NCBI GenBank assembly: GCA_020060565.1
Contig: JAGVAE010000002.1
Location: forward strand, 85,036 to 149,035
Source: Candidatus Woesebacteria bacterium
Lineage (GTDB): Bacteria > Patescibacteriota > Microgenomatia > UBA8517
DNA: 64,000 nt
Direction: 5' to 3'
The notes beneath the pieces are model-generated. The model ran no database searches and was not told the origin of the DNA. It worked only from the letters and a program-made list of their open reading frames with translations. The position numbers and the translations under genes were made by a program. Of the stretch, positions 46,033 to 56,423 are shown piece after piece; position 1 is the stretch's first letter; each line of letters begins with the position of its first letter.

Positions 46033-47088
46033 TTAAATATTTCCCCAACTGATCAATCTGTCATTTTCATTCTTTCCAAATTCTATCTTTACCCAAATGA
46101 TAATGGCTTCGTCATCAAATTTACGGATCGTGTCGGCTACCCTTTCCGCCCATTCAATTGACACAACTGATTTGTTTTTAATTAAATCTCCAAATCCTAG
46201 TGCATCCAGTTCTTTGGAATTATCAAGTCTCCATGCATCAAAATGAAAAAGTTTTTTATCTTTTTGCCCATATTCATTCTCTAGTGCAAATGTTGGGGAG
46301 GTGACAAGTTCTGTGATTCCCATAGCCCGTGCGAGCCCTTTAGTGAATTGGGTTTTGCCTGTTCCCATTTCTCCTTCAAGAGCAAAAACAATTGTACGTT
46401 TGCCTTTATAGCTTTCATATTTTTGCCAAAGTTCTTTACCCAAATTTTGGGTATTTTCTTCACTTCTACTTAATACCTCATTTTTATCTTTAATTCTAAT
46501 CTCGCCCTGTCTAAGAATAGTGGGGTTATCAAGTGTTGTGTCAATCACGGTTGAGGGTTCATTGTGGGGAAGTTCTCCAGCATCAATAATTAAATCGATT
46601 AGGGATTTTTGCTTTTCAGATATATTTTCAATAATATCCGATATCTTATATGGACGTTTTTGGTATGAAGCATTTGCTGACGTTGCAACAATGGGTCTGC
46701 CAAATTTTTCAATTAAATTAAGCATCAATTTATAATCAGGGATTCTTACCCCAAGAGTTTTTTCTTCTGACTCAATTCCAGATGCCACAAAACCTTTACC
46801 TTTTGAAATGATAGTAACAGGACCAGGAAGAAATGTTTTATATAAATTCCTGGCAACATCATTAAGTGTTACATATTTTTCAGCCATTTCTTGGGATGAA
46901 CACATAATTGCATAGGGTTTTCCAAGTGCCCTTTTTTTGTAAAGGTTTAGTTTTTTTACAGCCTTATTATTTTTAGAGTCAACGGCAATGCCATATACAG
47001 TTTCACACGGAAAGACCACAAGACCTCCATCTTCCAAGACGTCTATAGCCTTTTTGATTACACTATCATCAGCTTTTACTATCTGCAT
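46033..47088 (-). CDS. TsaC(Sua5/YrdC)-TsaE fusion
   Basis: N-terminal VFPCETVYG, LPGPVT, GVRIP, ATSAN, PSTVID; C-terminal GEMGTGKT, SPTF, HFDAWRL, IEWAE. Confidence 0.92.
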   Translation of the reverse strand: MQIVKADDSVIKKAIDVLEDGGLVVFPCETVYGIAVDSKNNKAVKKLNLYKKRALGKPYAIMCSSQEMAEKYVTLNDVARNLYKTFLPGPVTIISKGKGFVASGIESEEKTLGVRIPDYKLMLNLIEKFGRPIVATSANASYQKRPYKISDIIENISEKQKSLIDLIIDAGELPHNEPSTVIDTTLDNPTILRQGEIRIKDKNEVLSRSEENTQNLGKELWQKYESYKGKRTIVFALEGEMGTGKTQFTKGLARAMGITELVTSPTFALENEYGQKDKKLFHFDAWRLDNSKELDALGFGDLIKNKSVVSIEWAERVADTIRKFDDEAIIIWVKIEFGKNENDRLISWGNI

Positions 47089-47112
47089 GCAGCTATTGTA
47101 GCAATTCTGAAG

Positions 47113-48870
47113 CTAAATTGCTGGCCCTGTGCCACGTAAGTAAATTGCTTGCCAGGGTTTATAGTTGGAGACAAAGTTTTTGTCTGTTAATATCTCCCCA
47201 TTTCTGACTACTTTATAACTAAATGTAACTTTAGCTCCGCGGGCTGCATAATCTATCTGCTTTGTTTGACCTGCAGGAAGGGTGGGATCGTCTTGGTATA
47301 AATCTTCTGGTGCTGGTGTAACGTTTGTAATTGTTGGTTTTGAGGTGGTGGCAACCCTACCATCACTTACACCATAGAGTTCAAACACAAGAGAATATTT
47401 TTTTGAATTGTTTTTAGCCTGAATCAGAATGTAGCCAGGAGTATCATTTTTAAATTTAAAGTCGGGAGAGGGGGAATAAACTGTAGCGTCAAACCCTGGA
47501 GGTGAATTTTGTTCATAATAACTAACTCTATATGCATGTGCCGCACGTTCCAATATTGGTAGCCCCGCATTAAGCACAGACCTAAATAGAGTTGTTGAAA
47601 CCTGGCAAACCCCACCACCGTCACCCAAAATTGTTCTTCCATTTTCAATAATGTATGCTTCTTTATAACCAGTAATTTTAGAAATATCTCCAATATTTTG
47701 ATTAAAGGAAAAGATGTCACCAGGTTTAACTAATGTTCCATTAATTTTGCTTGCAGCTAAATTTACATTAAAAACCCTTCCTGGTATTGAATGATAATAT
47801 GTTGATTCTCCACGACCAATTAACTCCTTAATACCCAAAGTATTAACTTCATCAGTAGAAACATCTGGTGAAGTTCTTAGAACTGGAATCTCAAATGTAG
47901 CTATTTTTTCATCTGTTGAAGCAATCTTGTCCAAAGTGCCTTTGAATAAATCATTAAATTTTTGGCTATCAAGGATTATTCCATCTAGGGCAGGTAAAAA
48001 TTCCGTGACTTTACTGCCGTTAAATTCAAATTTTGGATTTTGAGGATCGCGATTGATGTTTGAGGCTATATCAAATACAATCTTATCCAATTCTTCTTTA
48101 TTATACCCTCCCCTAGGATTAATCAGTTTGAATAAATCACCATCCTTATAATTAAACTTTTGGGATTCAAAACCCAAATTAATGCTTTTACCTAAGTATT
48201 TTTCTCCAATTTCTTTAGCTTTTACAGTCTCTTTATCATCTAGTGAATAATCAACCATTATTAATGGAATTGGAATGTCGTCGCTTCTAATGTAGGACAA
48301 GTTGCGTCCTAAATTTGCTCTAAGAATTTTGATGTCTAATTCTGAACCAGGCAGACCCTTGTTTACTTGTACTATCTCACCCTTCTTCTCAATAGAAGGG
48401 TAGACCGGATTAACTGTAACTTGCCTCTTAACCATAGAAGTAAACTTTTCTAATTTTTCCTCATCGATATTTGTAGCAAGACCGATATTTTGTTTTTCAG
48501 TAACTAAACGAATTTTCTGAATAGTATCTAAAATAAAATTATCTGTCCGTGTCAAGTTGTAAGCTCTGTCAACCGATGCGCTAATATCATAATTTAGGTC
48601 AATATCTCTTGTAATTAGTTCAAAAGATTGAGCTTGTTCTGTTAATTTTATTTTTTCTGGAGGAGAAATGTTTTGGGAAAGAATAGTAACCGCATCTTTG
48701 GGAATTTTACCACCAACTTTTATTCCTGCTATATAAGTATTGGGGTAGATCCTACCCACATATCTAATGTTATAAATAAGAAAAGGACCCAAAATTAGTA
48801 TGATCAGAGAAGATAAAACAATAGTAAGGTAACGAGTACGCTTTTTCTTAAATGATATCGCGGAAGTCAT
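47113..48870 (-). CDS. VanW-family protein with peptidoglycan-binding region
   Basis: N-terminal TM; FSFNQ...GGGVCQVSTTLF...ERAAH...DATV...DFKFKN. Confidence 0.92.
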   Translation of the reverse strand: MTSAISFKKKRTRYLTIVLSSLIILILGPFLIYNIRYVGRIYPNTYIAGIKVGGKIPKDAVTILSQNISPPEKIKLTEQAQSFELITRDIDLNYDISASVDRAYNLTRTDNFILDTIQKIRLVTEKQNIGLATNIDEEKLEKFTSMVKRQVTVNPVYPSIEKKGEIVQVNKGLPGSELDIKILRANLGRNLSYIRSDDIPIPLIMVDYSLDDKETVKAKEIGEKYLGKSINLGFESQKFNYKDGDLFKLINPRGGYNKEELDKIVFDIASNINRDPQNPKFEFNGSKVTEFLPALDGIILDSQKFNDLFKGTLDKIASTDEKIATFEIPVLRTSPDVSTDEVNTLGIKELIGRGESTYYHSIPGRVFNVNLAASKINGTLVKPGDIFSFNQNIGDISKITGYKEAYIIENGRTILGDGGGVCQVSTTLFRSVLNAGLPILERAAHAYRVSYYEQNSPPGFDATVYSPSPDFKFKNDTPGYILIQAKNNSKKYSLVFELYGVSDGRVATTSKPTITNVTPAPEDLYQDDPTLPAGQTKQIDYAARGAKVTFSYKVVRNGEILTDKNFVSNYKPWQAIYLRGTGPAI

Positions 48871-48909
48871 ACCGATATGATACCATTTAATTGTTATAGA
48901 AGATCAAAA

Positions 48910-50364
48910 ATGAACGAAGAACAAATTCCACCAAATACATATACTATTCCAACTGGCTCACCAAATAATACACCTGAGGTTCCTTTAGACCAAACACAAG
49001 AAGAAATTCCACCAGTTGTTCCACCTCCAGTAAAGAAAAGTTTTTTTCTTCCATCTCAAATCCCCAAAGTAGCTATCTTTGCAGGAATTGGGGTTTTACT
49101 TTTGGTCGTAATATTCATAATATTCAAAGCCCTAACTTCATCAAAATCAACTACAGCCACAGGAACAATTACCTGGTGGGGTCTTTGGGAAGACCAAACA
49201 GTAATGCAGCCATTAATTAGTGAATATGAGACTCTACATCCTGGTACGAAAATAAATTATATTAAGCAATCTCCACAGGATTATAGAGAGAGATTAACAA
49301 ATTCGTTAGCAAAAAAAACAGGACCAGATATTTTTTTCTTTCATAACTCATGGGTTCCAATGTTCAAAGCAAATTTAGATTCACTTCCTGCATCGGTTAT
49401 GAGTCCCGCTGATTTTTCAAAAACCTTCTATCCAGTAATGTCATCCGATTTAACGTCAGGAAGTAGTATTGTGGGTATTCCTTTGGGGTATGAAGCGTTA
49501 ACTTTATATATTAATCAAGATATATTTGATAAAGCTGGAAAGGCGGCTCCAACAAATTGGGATGATTTTAGATTGGTTGCAAAGCAACTTACAGTTAAAG
49601 ATGACCAAGGAACTATTACTCAAGCAGGGGCGGCGATGGGTAGGACTGAGAATGTTGATCACTGGCCAGAGATTTTAGCCCTTCTTATGCTTCAAAATGG
49701 AGTTAATTTAAGTAATCCCATAGGTGCACCAGCCGAAGGAGCTCTTACATATTTCACTCTATTTTCAACCGTTGACGGAGTTTGGGATGCCACACTCCCT
49801 TCTTCAACACAAGCTTTTTCTGCAGGGAAGCTGGCAATGTATATAGGACCAACGTGGAGAGCTTTTGAAATCCAACAACAAAATCCAAATATTAAGTTTA
49901 AAACTGTGCCAATTCCACAACTTCCAAAAGACAACCCGAACCAAGCTGATATAACATACGCAACCTATTGGGCACAGGGTGTTTGGTCTGGTAGTGAAAG
50001 AAAGGCTGTGGCATGGGACTTCTTAAAATTTCTATCATCAAAAGACTCCCTTACTAAGCTTTATCAAAATGAAAGCAAGATAAGAAGTTTTGGGGAACCA
50101 TATCCAAGGAGTGATATGGCAAACTTACTTTCAACCCATCCAATTGCTGGATCTGTGGTCTCTCAAGCATCGGGAGCGGTGAGCTGGTATCTTAATTCTA
50201 GAACTTTTGATGGACCAACGGGAATAAATTCTCAAATGATTAATTATTTTGAAGATGCTGTCAATGCAGTAGCTAGTGGTAAAACCCCAGCTGACAAGGC
50301 CCTGACAACAGCCGCTCAGGGAGTTCAGCAAATACTTGCCCAATATAAATTAATTGCAAAGTAG
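48910..50364 (+). CDS. extracellular solute-binding protein (sugar ABC type), membrane anchored
   Basis: TM; ITWWGLWE, GPDIF, LYINQDIF, PTNWDDF, FSAGKLAMY, AWDFLKFL. Confidence 0.85.
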   Translation: MNEEQIPPNTYTIPTGSPNNTPEVPLDQTQEEIPPVVPPPVKKSFFLPSQIPKVAIFAGIGVLLLVVIFIIFKALTSSKSTTATGTITWWGLWEDQTVMQPLISEYETLHPGTKINYIKQSPQDYRERLTNSLAKKTGPDIFFFHNSWVPMFKANLDSLPASVMSPADFSKTFYPVMSSDLTSGSSIVGIPLGYEALTLYINQDIFDKAGKAAPTNWDDFRLVAKQLTVKDDQGTITQAGAAMGRTENVDHWPEILALLMLQNGVNLSNPIGAPAEGALTYFTLFSTVDGVWDATLPSSTQAFSAGKLAMYIGPTWRAFEIQQQNPNIKFKTVPIPQLPKDNPNQADITYATYWAQGVWSGSERKAVAWDFLKFLSSKDSLTKLYQNESKIRSFGEPYPRSDMANLLSTHPIAGSVVSQASGAVSWYLNSRTFDGPTGINSQMINYFEDAVNAVASGKTPADKALTTAAQGVQQILAQYKLIAK

Positions 50365-50365
50365 A

Positions 50366-51184
50366 ATGCTTAACAGCAAAGGTCTAACAATCAACGAAAG
50401 AGCTTCAGTTGTTTATCACAATTTATTTGATTATCCATTAAATTTTTCAGATCTGATAAAGTGGACCACAGGAAAACAAATATTGTCAAATGATTCAAAC
50501 GTGTCAGTTGTTAATAAAAGGGGATTTTATTTTATAGAAGGTAGAGATGGACTTGTATATAAAAGGGTATTAAGAAAAAGAATTTCTGCAAAAAAAATAA
50601 AGATTGCCAAAAATACAGCTAAAATCCTTTCTTTTATTCCAACCCTCAAAATGATAGGGATAACAGGTTCCTTAGCAATGCAAAACTCGTCTGAGGATAG
50701 TGATATTGATTTAATGATTGTTGCAAAAAGCGGAAACCTTTGGACTACAAGACTATTTTGCTACATGACTACATGGCTAAATGGTTTTGCGGTAAGAATT
50801 CCAGAAGATAAAGTTCAAAAAAATAAACTATGCCTTAATATTTGGTTGGACGAAAGCGACTTAATCTGGAAGCAAAAAGACAGAAATGTGTATACTGCCC
50901 ACGAAATTGCACAAATAATTCCTTTAATAGACAAGGACAATACTTTTGAAAGATTATTATTTCAAAATAAATGGATTCTTGATTATTGGCCAAGGGCTGT
51001 GAAGATTAAAAATATTAAATTTGAAACTAAAAAACCAACATCTGGTTTAATTGAAAAATTTTGCTATTGGCTGCAATACCAATATATGAGAAACAAAATT
51101 ACTAGGGAAGTTATTACTCCAACTCGCGCCCTGTTTCATCCACAAGATTGGGCAAAAGTAGTTTTAGGCAGACTTTCCTCTTGA
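50366..51184 (+). CDS. nucleotidyltransferase-fold protein
   Basis: GITGSLAM...DSDIDLMIV (GS...DxD motif). Confidence 0.75.
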   Translation: MLNSKGLTINERASVVYHNLFDYPLNFSDLIKWTTGKQILSNDSNVSVVNKRGFYFIEGRDGLVYKRVLRKRISAKKIKIAKNTAKILSFIPTLKMIGITGSLAMQNSSEDSDIDLMIVAKSGNLWTTRLFCYMTTWLNGFAVRIPEDKVQKNKLCLNIWLDESDLIWKQKDRNVYTAHEIAQIIPLIDKDNTFERLLFQNKWILDYWPRAVKIKNIKFETKKPTSGLIEKFCYWLQYQYMRNKITREVITPTRALFHPQDWAKVVLGRLSS

Positions 51185-51209
51185 CACAACATTGTTTTCT
51201 ATTTAGAAT
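51181..51209 (+). promoter_or_regulatory. groESL promoter
   Basis: TTGACA-N17-TAGAAT. Confidence 0.8.
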
Positions 51210-51234
51210 AGCACTCATCATCATTGAATGCCAA
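51208..51234 (+). promoter_or_regulatory. CIRCE element (HrcA operator)
   Basis: ATAGCACTC-N9-GAATGCCAA versus consensus TTAGCACTC-N9-GAGTGCTAA; overlaps the groES ATG. Confidence 0.8.
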
Positions 51235-51521
51235 AATTAAAACTTAAACCAACAGCAGGATATCTTCTAATTGAACCTTTGGAAAAAGAGGTCAAAACTG
51301 CTTCAGGTATTTATTTACCAGACACGGCTAGCGAGAAACCTCAAAAAGGAAAAGTATTAGTAACTGGGGGAGTTCTCCTTCAAGATGGTCAAAAAATAGC
51401 ATCTCCTGCAAAAGTGGGGGATGTGGTTATTTATAAAAAGTGGGGGGGAAATGAAGTTAAAATTGAAGGTAAAGAATATTTATTTGTAAAATTTGAGGAT
51501 ATATTAGCCATAGAGGCCTAA
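51228..51521 (+). CDS. groES: co-chaperonin GroES
   Basis: KTASGIYLPDTASEKPQKG, KVGDVV, EDILA. Confidence 0.98.
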   Translation: MPKLKLKPTAGYLLIEPLEKEVKTASGIYLPDTASEKPQKGKVLVTGGVLLQDGQKIASPAKVGDVVIYKKWGGNEVKIEGKEYLFVKFEDILAIEA

Positions 51522-51548
51522 TATATCCGTTATTTAGATGTACCATTT

Positions 51549-53180
51549 ATGGCAAAACAATTAAAATTTAGCAAAGAAGCCCGACGCGCTCTACTTACGG
51601 GAATTAACACTGTGGCCAAAGCAGTTGTTACTACATTGGGGCCAAAAGGAAGAAATATTGCTCTTGATAAAAAATGGGGAGCTCCAAACATAGTTCATGA
51701 TGGTGTTTCTGTTGCAAAGGAAATTGATTTACCAGATCCATTTGAAAACATGGGTGCACAGCTTGTAAAAGAAGCAGCGAGTAAAACCAATGATAATGCT
51801 GGAGATGGAACCACAACATCAACTCTTTTAGCTCAAGTAATGACGGCAAAAGGTATGGCAAAAATTAATGCAGGAGCAAATCCAATGATTGTTAAAAAGG
51901 GAATTGAAAAGGCAGTTGAAGCAGTCACGGCTGAACTCAAAAAGATGGCAAAACCCATTAAGGGAAAGGAGGAAATTACTCAAGTTGCTACAATCTCTGC
52001 TGGAGATGACGCAATTGGAGCAAAAATTGCAGAGGCTTTAGATAAGGTTGGGCGCGATGGCGTGGTTACTGTTGAAGAAGGAAAAGGTTTAACAATAGAC
52101 ATTGAATACAAAGAAGGAATGGAGTTTGACCGTGGCTATGCCTCAGCTTATTTTGTAACCAATGCTGACAAAATGGAGGCAGAAATTGAGGATGCATACA
52201 TTCTTTTAACTGATAAAAAGATTTCTTCTATCCAAGACCTTCTTCCTTTCTTGGAAAAATTTGTAAAAGTAAGTAAAAGTTTGGTAATTATTGCTGATGA
52301 AATAGAGGGGGAAGCTTTGGCTACTTTGGTTGTTAATAAACTAAGAGGAACTTTTAATGTTTTGGCAATTAAAGCTCCTGGATTTGGAGATAGACGCAAA
52401 GAAATGCTTGAAGATATTGCGACTCTTACAGGAGGAACGGTAATAAGCGAAGACACGGGCAGAACTTTTGAATCAATAGAAGTAACAGATCTTGGTCGTG
52501 CAGACAAGGTATGGGCAGACAAAGATAATGCAAGAATAATTGGAGGCAAGGGAGATAAGAAATTGATTGACAGTAGAGTTGAATCAATTAAAAAACAAAT
52601 TAAAGCCAGTGATTCTGATTTTGATAAAGAAAAATTTGAAGAGAGATTAGCTAAACTTTCAGGTGGAGTTGCCCAAATTAATGTTGGTGCTGCGACAGAA
52701 ATTGAGCTTAATGACAAAAAAGAAAGAGTAAAGGATGCAGTTGGAGCCACCAAAGCTGCAGTTGAGGAAGGAATTGTTCCTGGGGGAGAAACAGCACTTC
52801 TAAGAAGTCGTGAAGTACTTAAAAAGTTAAAAGTTGAAAAGGGTGATGAGAAAATTGGACTTGATATAGTTTTCGATGCTCTAGAAGAACCTATTAAATG
52901 GCTTGCAAAAAACGCTGGAGACGATGAACTTGTGGTTCTTAAAAAAGTTTTGGCTAAGAATGATAATGATTATGGATATAATGCTTTAACTTCCGAATTT
53001 GGATCAATGACCAAAATGGGAATAATTGACCCAGTAAAAGTCACAAGAAGTGCTCTTCAAAATGCAGCCAGTGTTGCAATGATGGTTCTCACCACTGAAG
53101 GCTTAGTTACAGATATTGTTGAAGAAAAGAAAGAAACACCTCAAATGCCACCAGGTGGAATGGGTGGAATGGATTACTAA
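51549..53180 (+). CDS. groEL: chaperonin GroEL
   Basis: [28 protein letters not shown] tail. Confidence 0.99.
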   Translation: MAKQLKFSKEARRALLTGINTVAKAVVTTLGPKGRNIALDKKWGAPNIVHDGVSVAKEIDLPDPFENMGAQLVKEAASKTNDNAGDGTTTSTLLAQVMTAKGMAKINAGANPMIVKKGIEKAVEAVTAELKKMAKPIKGKEEITQVATISAGDDAIGAKIAEALDKVGRDGVVTVEEGKGLTIDIEYKEGMEFDRGYASAYFVTNADKMEAEIEDAYILLTDKKISSIQDLLPFLEKFVKVSKSLVIIADEIEGEALATLVVNKLRGTFNVLAIKAPGFGDRRKEMLEDIATLTGGTVISEDTGRTFESIEVTDLGRADKVWADKDNARIIGGKGDKKLIDSRVESIKKQIKASDSDFDKEKFEERLAKLSGGVAQINVGAATEIELNDKKERVKDAVGATKAAVEEGIVPGGETALLRSREVLKKLKVEKGDEKIGLDIVFDALEEPIKWLAKNAGDDELVVLKKVLAKNDNDYGYNALTSEFGSMTKMGIIDPVKVTRSALQNAASVAMMVLTTEGLVTDIVEEKKETPQMPPGGMGGMDY

Positions 53181-53201
53181 ACTTCTTGATATAATCTTCT
53201 A

Positions 53202-53768
53202 ATGTGGAAAGAGGCGGAGGAATTTCTTCTAAAAGATAAATATATTGCACCACTAGTCAAAAAATGGGGACATTGTTCAGTCAAACCAATTAAGAAATTG
53301 TTATATTTTCAGGATCTTGTGGAGGCCATAGCAAACCAGCAGCTTTCAGGTAAAGCAGCATCAACTATTTTTGGTAGGGTAAAAGACATGTGTAATGGAA
53401 AAATTGGTCCCAAGGTAATTCTGAAGCTTTCCGAAACTAAGCTTCGTGGTGCAGGTCTTTCATATGCCAAAATAAAATACATTAAAGACTTGTCCAGCAA
53501 AGTTGAAAACAAAGAACTTAAAATTGATAAATTAGACAAACTCTCAGACAACGAAGTTATAGCAAAACTTGTTCAGGTTAAGGGAATTGGAACTTGGACC
53601 GCAGAGATGTTTTTAATGTTTGCTTTGGGGCGGCCCGATATTTTTCCAAAAGATGACCTTGGTATAAATAAAGCAATGCAAAAATTAAAATTGAAAAACT
53701 CTAATAGGTGGAAGCCATATAGAACAGTCGCTTCATGGTATTTATGGAGGTCATTGGAAAATAGGTAA
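53202..53768 (+). CDS. DNA-3-methyladenine glycosylase (HhH-GPD, AlkA-like)
   Basis: QQLSGKAA, VKGIGTWTAEMFLMF, DIFPKDDLG, WKPYRT. Confidence 0.92.
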   Translation: MWKEAEEFLLKDKYIAPLVKKWGHCSVKPIKKLLYFQDLVEAIANQQLSGKAASTIFGRVKDMCNGKIGPKVILKLSETKLRGAGLSYAKIKYIKDLSSKVENKELKIDKLDKLSDNEVIAKLVQVKGIGTWTAEMFLMFALGRPDIFPKDDLGINKAMQKLKLKNSNRWKPYRTVASWYLWRSLENR

Positions 53769-53789
53769 TTTGGTGGTAAATTACCTCAA

Positions 53790-54218
53790 ATGGCAGAGAG
53801 AAAAGAAAGATTGGAAAAAAATGGAGTAGTTTTTGCTTTGTGGGATGGGAAAAATCTTCAATTGGAGGTAAGAAAAAAACCTGGTAATTTTTTTGGGTTT
53901 ACGATAATCCCAGGTGGAAAAGTAGAAAAAAGTGAATCTTTTGAAGATGCTTTATTACGCGAAGTAAAAGAAGAATACAGAATTGAAGTTTTGGAATATT
54001 ACACATTAGGTGATTTTACTGAAATTGAGGATGGGGGAATTGTAAATACAAGAAGATTGTTTTTAGTAACACGATGGAATGGAGAATTGGGTAATCCAGA
54101 AAAAATAAACGATCACATTGGAGTGCCTATTGAAAAAGCCTTTGGTCTTAGCAATCATCCTTTAACAAAAACCTTTTTGGATGTGATTCAAAAAGAAATA
54201 TTCAAGTTATCTACTTAG
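53790..54218 (+). CDS. NUDIX hydrolase
   Basis: PGGKVEKSESFEDALLREVKEEY Nudix box. Confidence 0.9.
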   Translation: MAERKERLEKNGVVFALWDGKNLQLEVRKKPGNFFGFTIIPGGKVEKSESFEDALLREVKEEYRIEVLEYYTLGDFTEIEDGGIVNTRRLFLVTRWNGELGNPEKINDHIGVPIEKAFGLSNHPLTKTFLDVIQKEIFKLST

Positions 54219-54956
54219 GACTGAAAGAGGATTAAGAGCAATGCCATTTTGGCGGATTTCAAGATGAAGGTGGGGGCCTGTTGAATGGCCCGTAATACCA
54301 ACCTGTCCGATTTCGGTTTCTGTAGTAACAATATCCCCAACTTTGACATTGATACCACTCAAGTGTGCATATCGTGAAGTCAAGCCTTTATCGTGATCAA
54401 CAACAACAGTATTTCCGTATCCATATTTGGTGCGTTCAACTTCAGTTACCACACCTGATTTTATAGACGTAATAGAATCTCCAATCTCTCCACCAAAATC
54501 TACTCCAGGATGAAATAACCCAAATCCTTGGTTGATTTTGATTATTTTAAGTGGATATGAAGTGGCCTTTACAGTTTTAAGAGTGTTTTGGGTTTGAATT
54601 ACAGTTTCTGTGGGTTCCACTTCAAAGTCAGCAGCTTGGACACCATTCTGGGCAACGGGTAAAAAGGTACCAGCTATAATGAGTGCACTTAAATTGGCTG
54701 CAAAGTATCTTTTGACATTTTTATGTCCAGAAACATGTCTAGCTATTTTGCCAAACATTGTGCCTGATCTGTACTTTTTTCTTATAATTTTTGGAGTAGG
54801 AACAAATGGCTCTTCCACCAAAGGCTTTCGCCTTTTTATTAGCTTCATATGAAGCTGGAGGCGGTACTTGGGTAATTCAAGACTAAATTTTCTCATATGG
54901 CCCCGAGAACTCAGGGTTTGGTCCCTTCCAAGCTCAACCTGAACCTGGTTAGGCAT
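54207..54956 (-). CDS. M23-family peptidase
   Basis: HPGVD, YGN, YAHL, TGHSTGPHLHLE; start uncertain. Confidence 0.92.
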   Translation of the reverse strand: MPNQVQVELGRDQTLSSRGHMRKFSLELPKYRLQLHMKLIKRRKPLVEEPFVPTPKIIRKKYRSGTMFGKIARHVSGHKNVKRYFAANLSALIIAGTFLPVAQNGVQAADFEVEPTETVIQTQNTLKTVKATSYPLKIIKINQGFGLFHPGVDFGGEIGDSITSIKSGVVTEVERTKYGYGNTVVVDHDKGLTSRYAHLSGINVKVGDIVTTETEIGQVGITGHSTGPHLHLEIRQNGIALNPLSVLSR

Positions 54957-54958
54957 AT

Positions 54959-54980
54959 AAAAACCCGCAGGAATGCGGGT
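54959..54980 (-). terminator. intrinsic terminator-like hairpin
   Basis: ACCCGCA-TTCC-TGCGGGT followed by TTTT on the minus strand. Confidence 0.55.
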
Positions 54981-55031
54981 GAGCCGTGATTCTACAGTAT
55001 GAAAGCAGTCAAAGTCAAGTTTTTGGGGGCC

Positions 55032-55481
55032 CTAAAATTTAATGTCAAAATCCAAGGATGGGGGTTGAAGTCGGCTTTGTTTTATGTCTAGATTGTTAAT
55101 TTCATTTTTTAAACTATTCAATTTGATTTGGCTCTCAGAAAGGATATCTCTCGATGTCGTAGCTTGGGATGTGTTTTGAGCCGTTGGGGTAGGTTTGGGA
55201 GTCTCTAGTGCGACCTGAGCGACGTTTCTCTTTCCAAAGAGAAGTCCTAATATAAGAATTAGAAATATCAAACCAAAAGAGATACTTACAGGCAAAAATA
55301 TTTTCTTATTTGTATAAAATTTACTGTTTTTAAATTTACCCAGTTCAATAGAGGCTACTAGTTTAGCCTTTGATAATATGAGTTTCCAACCAGTGGGTTC
55401 AGAAACTGGTGGCTCAACAGGCAAGGAGGTGGATTCTTGGGGGTTTGGGTTTATGTTGGAATTATCGTTTGGGTTTATCAT
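55032..55481 (-). CDS. single-TM hypothetical protein
   Basis: One TM, PT linker, short coiled coil, PPSLDFDIKF end. Confidence 0.7.
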   Translation of the reverse strand: MINPNDNSNINPNPQESTSLPVEPPVSEPTGWKLILSKAKLVASIELGKFKNSKFYTNKKIFLPVSISFGLIFLILILGLLFGKRNVAQVALETPKPTPTAQNTSQATTSRDILSESQIKLNSLKNEINNLDIKQSRLQPPSLDFDIKF

Positions 55482-56293
55482 TTCATTTGGTTTTGAATAG
55501 AAATAAGCATCTCTGTTAAGTAGCTATTTAGTTGAGAAAGTGGGCTAATTGAGGAGGATAATATTTCAACAGAATTTCTATAAGTTGCTCCAACTCCGAA
55601 GTTTTGAGAATACAAAGTCTGGATTTTTACCACCGCAGAATCTTCATTTTTTTGTAGTTGTTGCAAGACCGCGTCAGTGTCATTAATCCATCTATTAAAG
55701 GGATCAATTTTAAGCTTACCCACAGCCACCTGGTCGTCAATGTATTTTTTAAGATCAGTAAATATTTGTTGATGGGCTAGCCTTATCCCAATTTCCTGAC
55801 TTAAACTAATATCAAAAAGACCCTCATTAATTATGGGTGTTGTATTGGTTTCAAGGCGGCTTTTACTTTCATCAGATTTGTTAAACAAATCTACAGGCTC
55901 ATCACTATCTAGATAATTTTTAATATGATTTTGATACCACTCAATTTCGGGATCAATTTTTGCGTATATAGCATTTTTTTGGTTTTCATCAAAACCCTTA
56001 GATTCCCATATATGCATTCTGATTGCGGTTAAATAAACCACGATCAAATTATCTCTCTCTTTAAGCATTTTTAGGGTCTTGCGTCTAGCTTCACTTTTAA
56101 GTTGGAGTGTTGGGTTCCCTTGATAGAAAGATTTGGCTTCCTGGAATTCTGAATATGCCTTTTGGTAAACACTTAATTGATATTGATAATCGGCATATGC
56201 TTTTGGAGCGTCAAAGTCTTGAGCATGAATGCTAGTACCAAGTACTAAGTACAAAATACTAAATACTAATATTGCTATGGCAGTTTTTTTCAT
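55478..56293 (-). CDS. secreted all-helical hypothetical protein
   Basis: Signal peptide MKKTAIAIL...IHAQ; start placed at 56293 just after tRNA-Cys. Confidence 0.75.
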   Translation of the reverse strand: MKKTAIAILVFSILYLVLGTSIHAQDFDAPKAYADYQYQLSVYQKAYSEFQEAKSFYQGNPTLQLKSEARRKTLKMLKERDNLIVVYLTAIRMHIWESKGFDENQKNAIYAKIDPEIEWYQNHIKNYLDSDEPVDLFNKSDESKSRLETNTTPIINEGLFDISLSQEIGIRLAHQQIFTDLKKYIDDQVAVGKLKIDPFNRWINDTDAVLQQLQKNEDSAVVKIQTLYSQNFGVGATYRNSVEILSSSISPLSQLNSYLTEMLISIQNQMK

Positions 56294-56304
56294 TTTGTTT
56301 GATG

Positions 56305-56376
56305 AGGCCACGACCAGAATCGAACTGGTGCATAACTGTTTTGCAGACAGTCGTGTTTCCTCTTCACCACGTGGCC
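56305..56376 (-). tRNA. tRNA-Cys(GCA)
   Basis: GGCCACG/CGTGGCC-T, ACTGT-CTGCAAA-ACAGT, ACCAG-TTCGATT-CTGGT. Confidence 0.96.
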
Positions 56377-56423
56377 ACTAAGACATTCTACCATAAAATA
56401 TGGTAAACTCGAGGCTACCTAAA

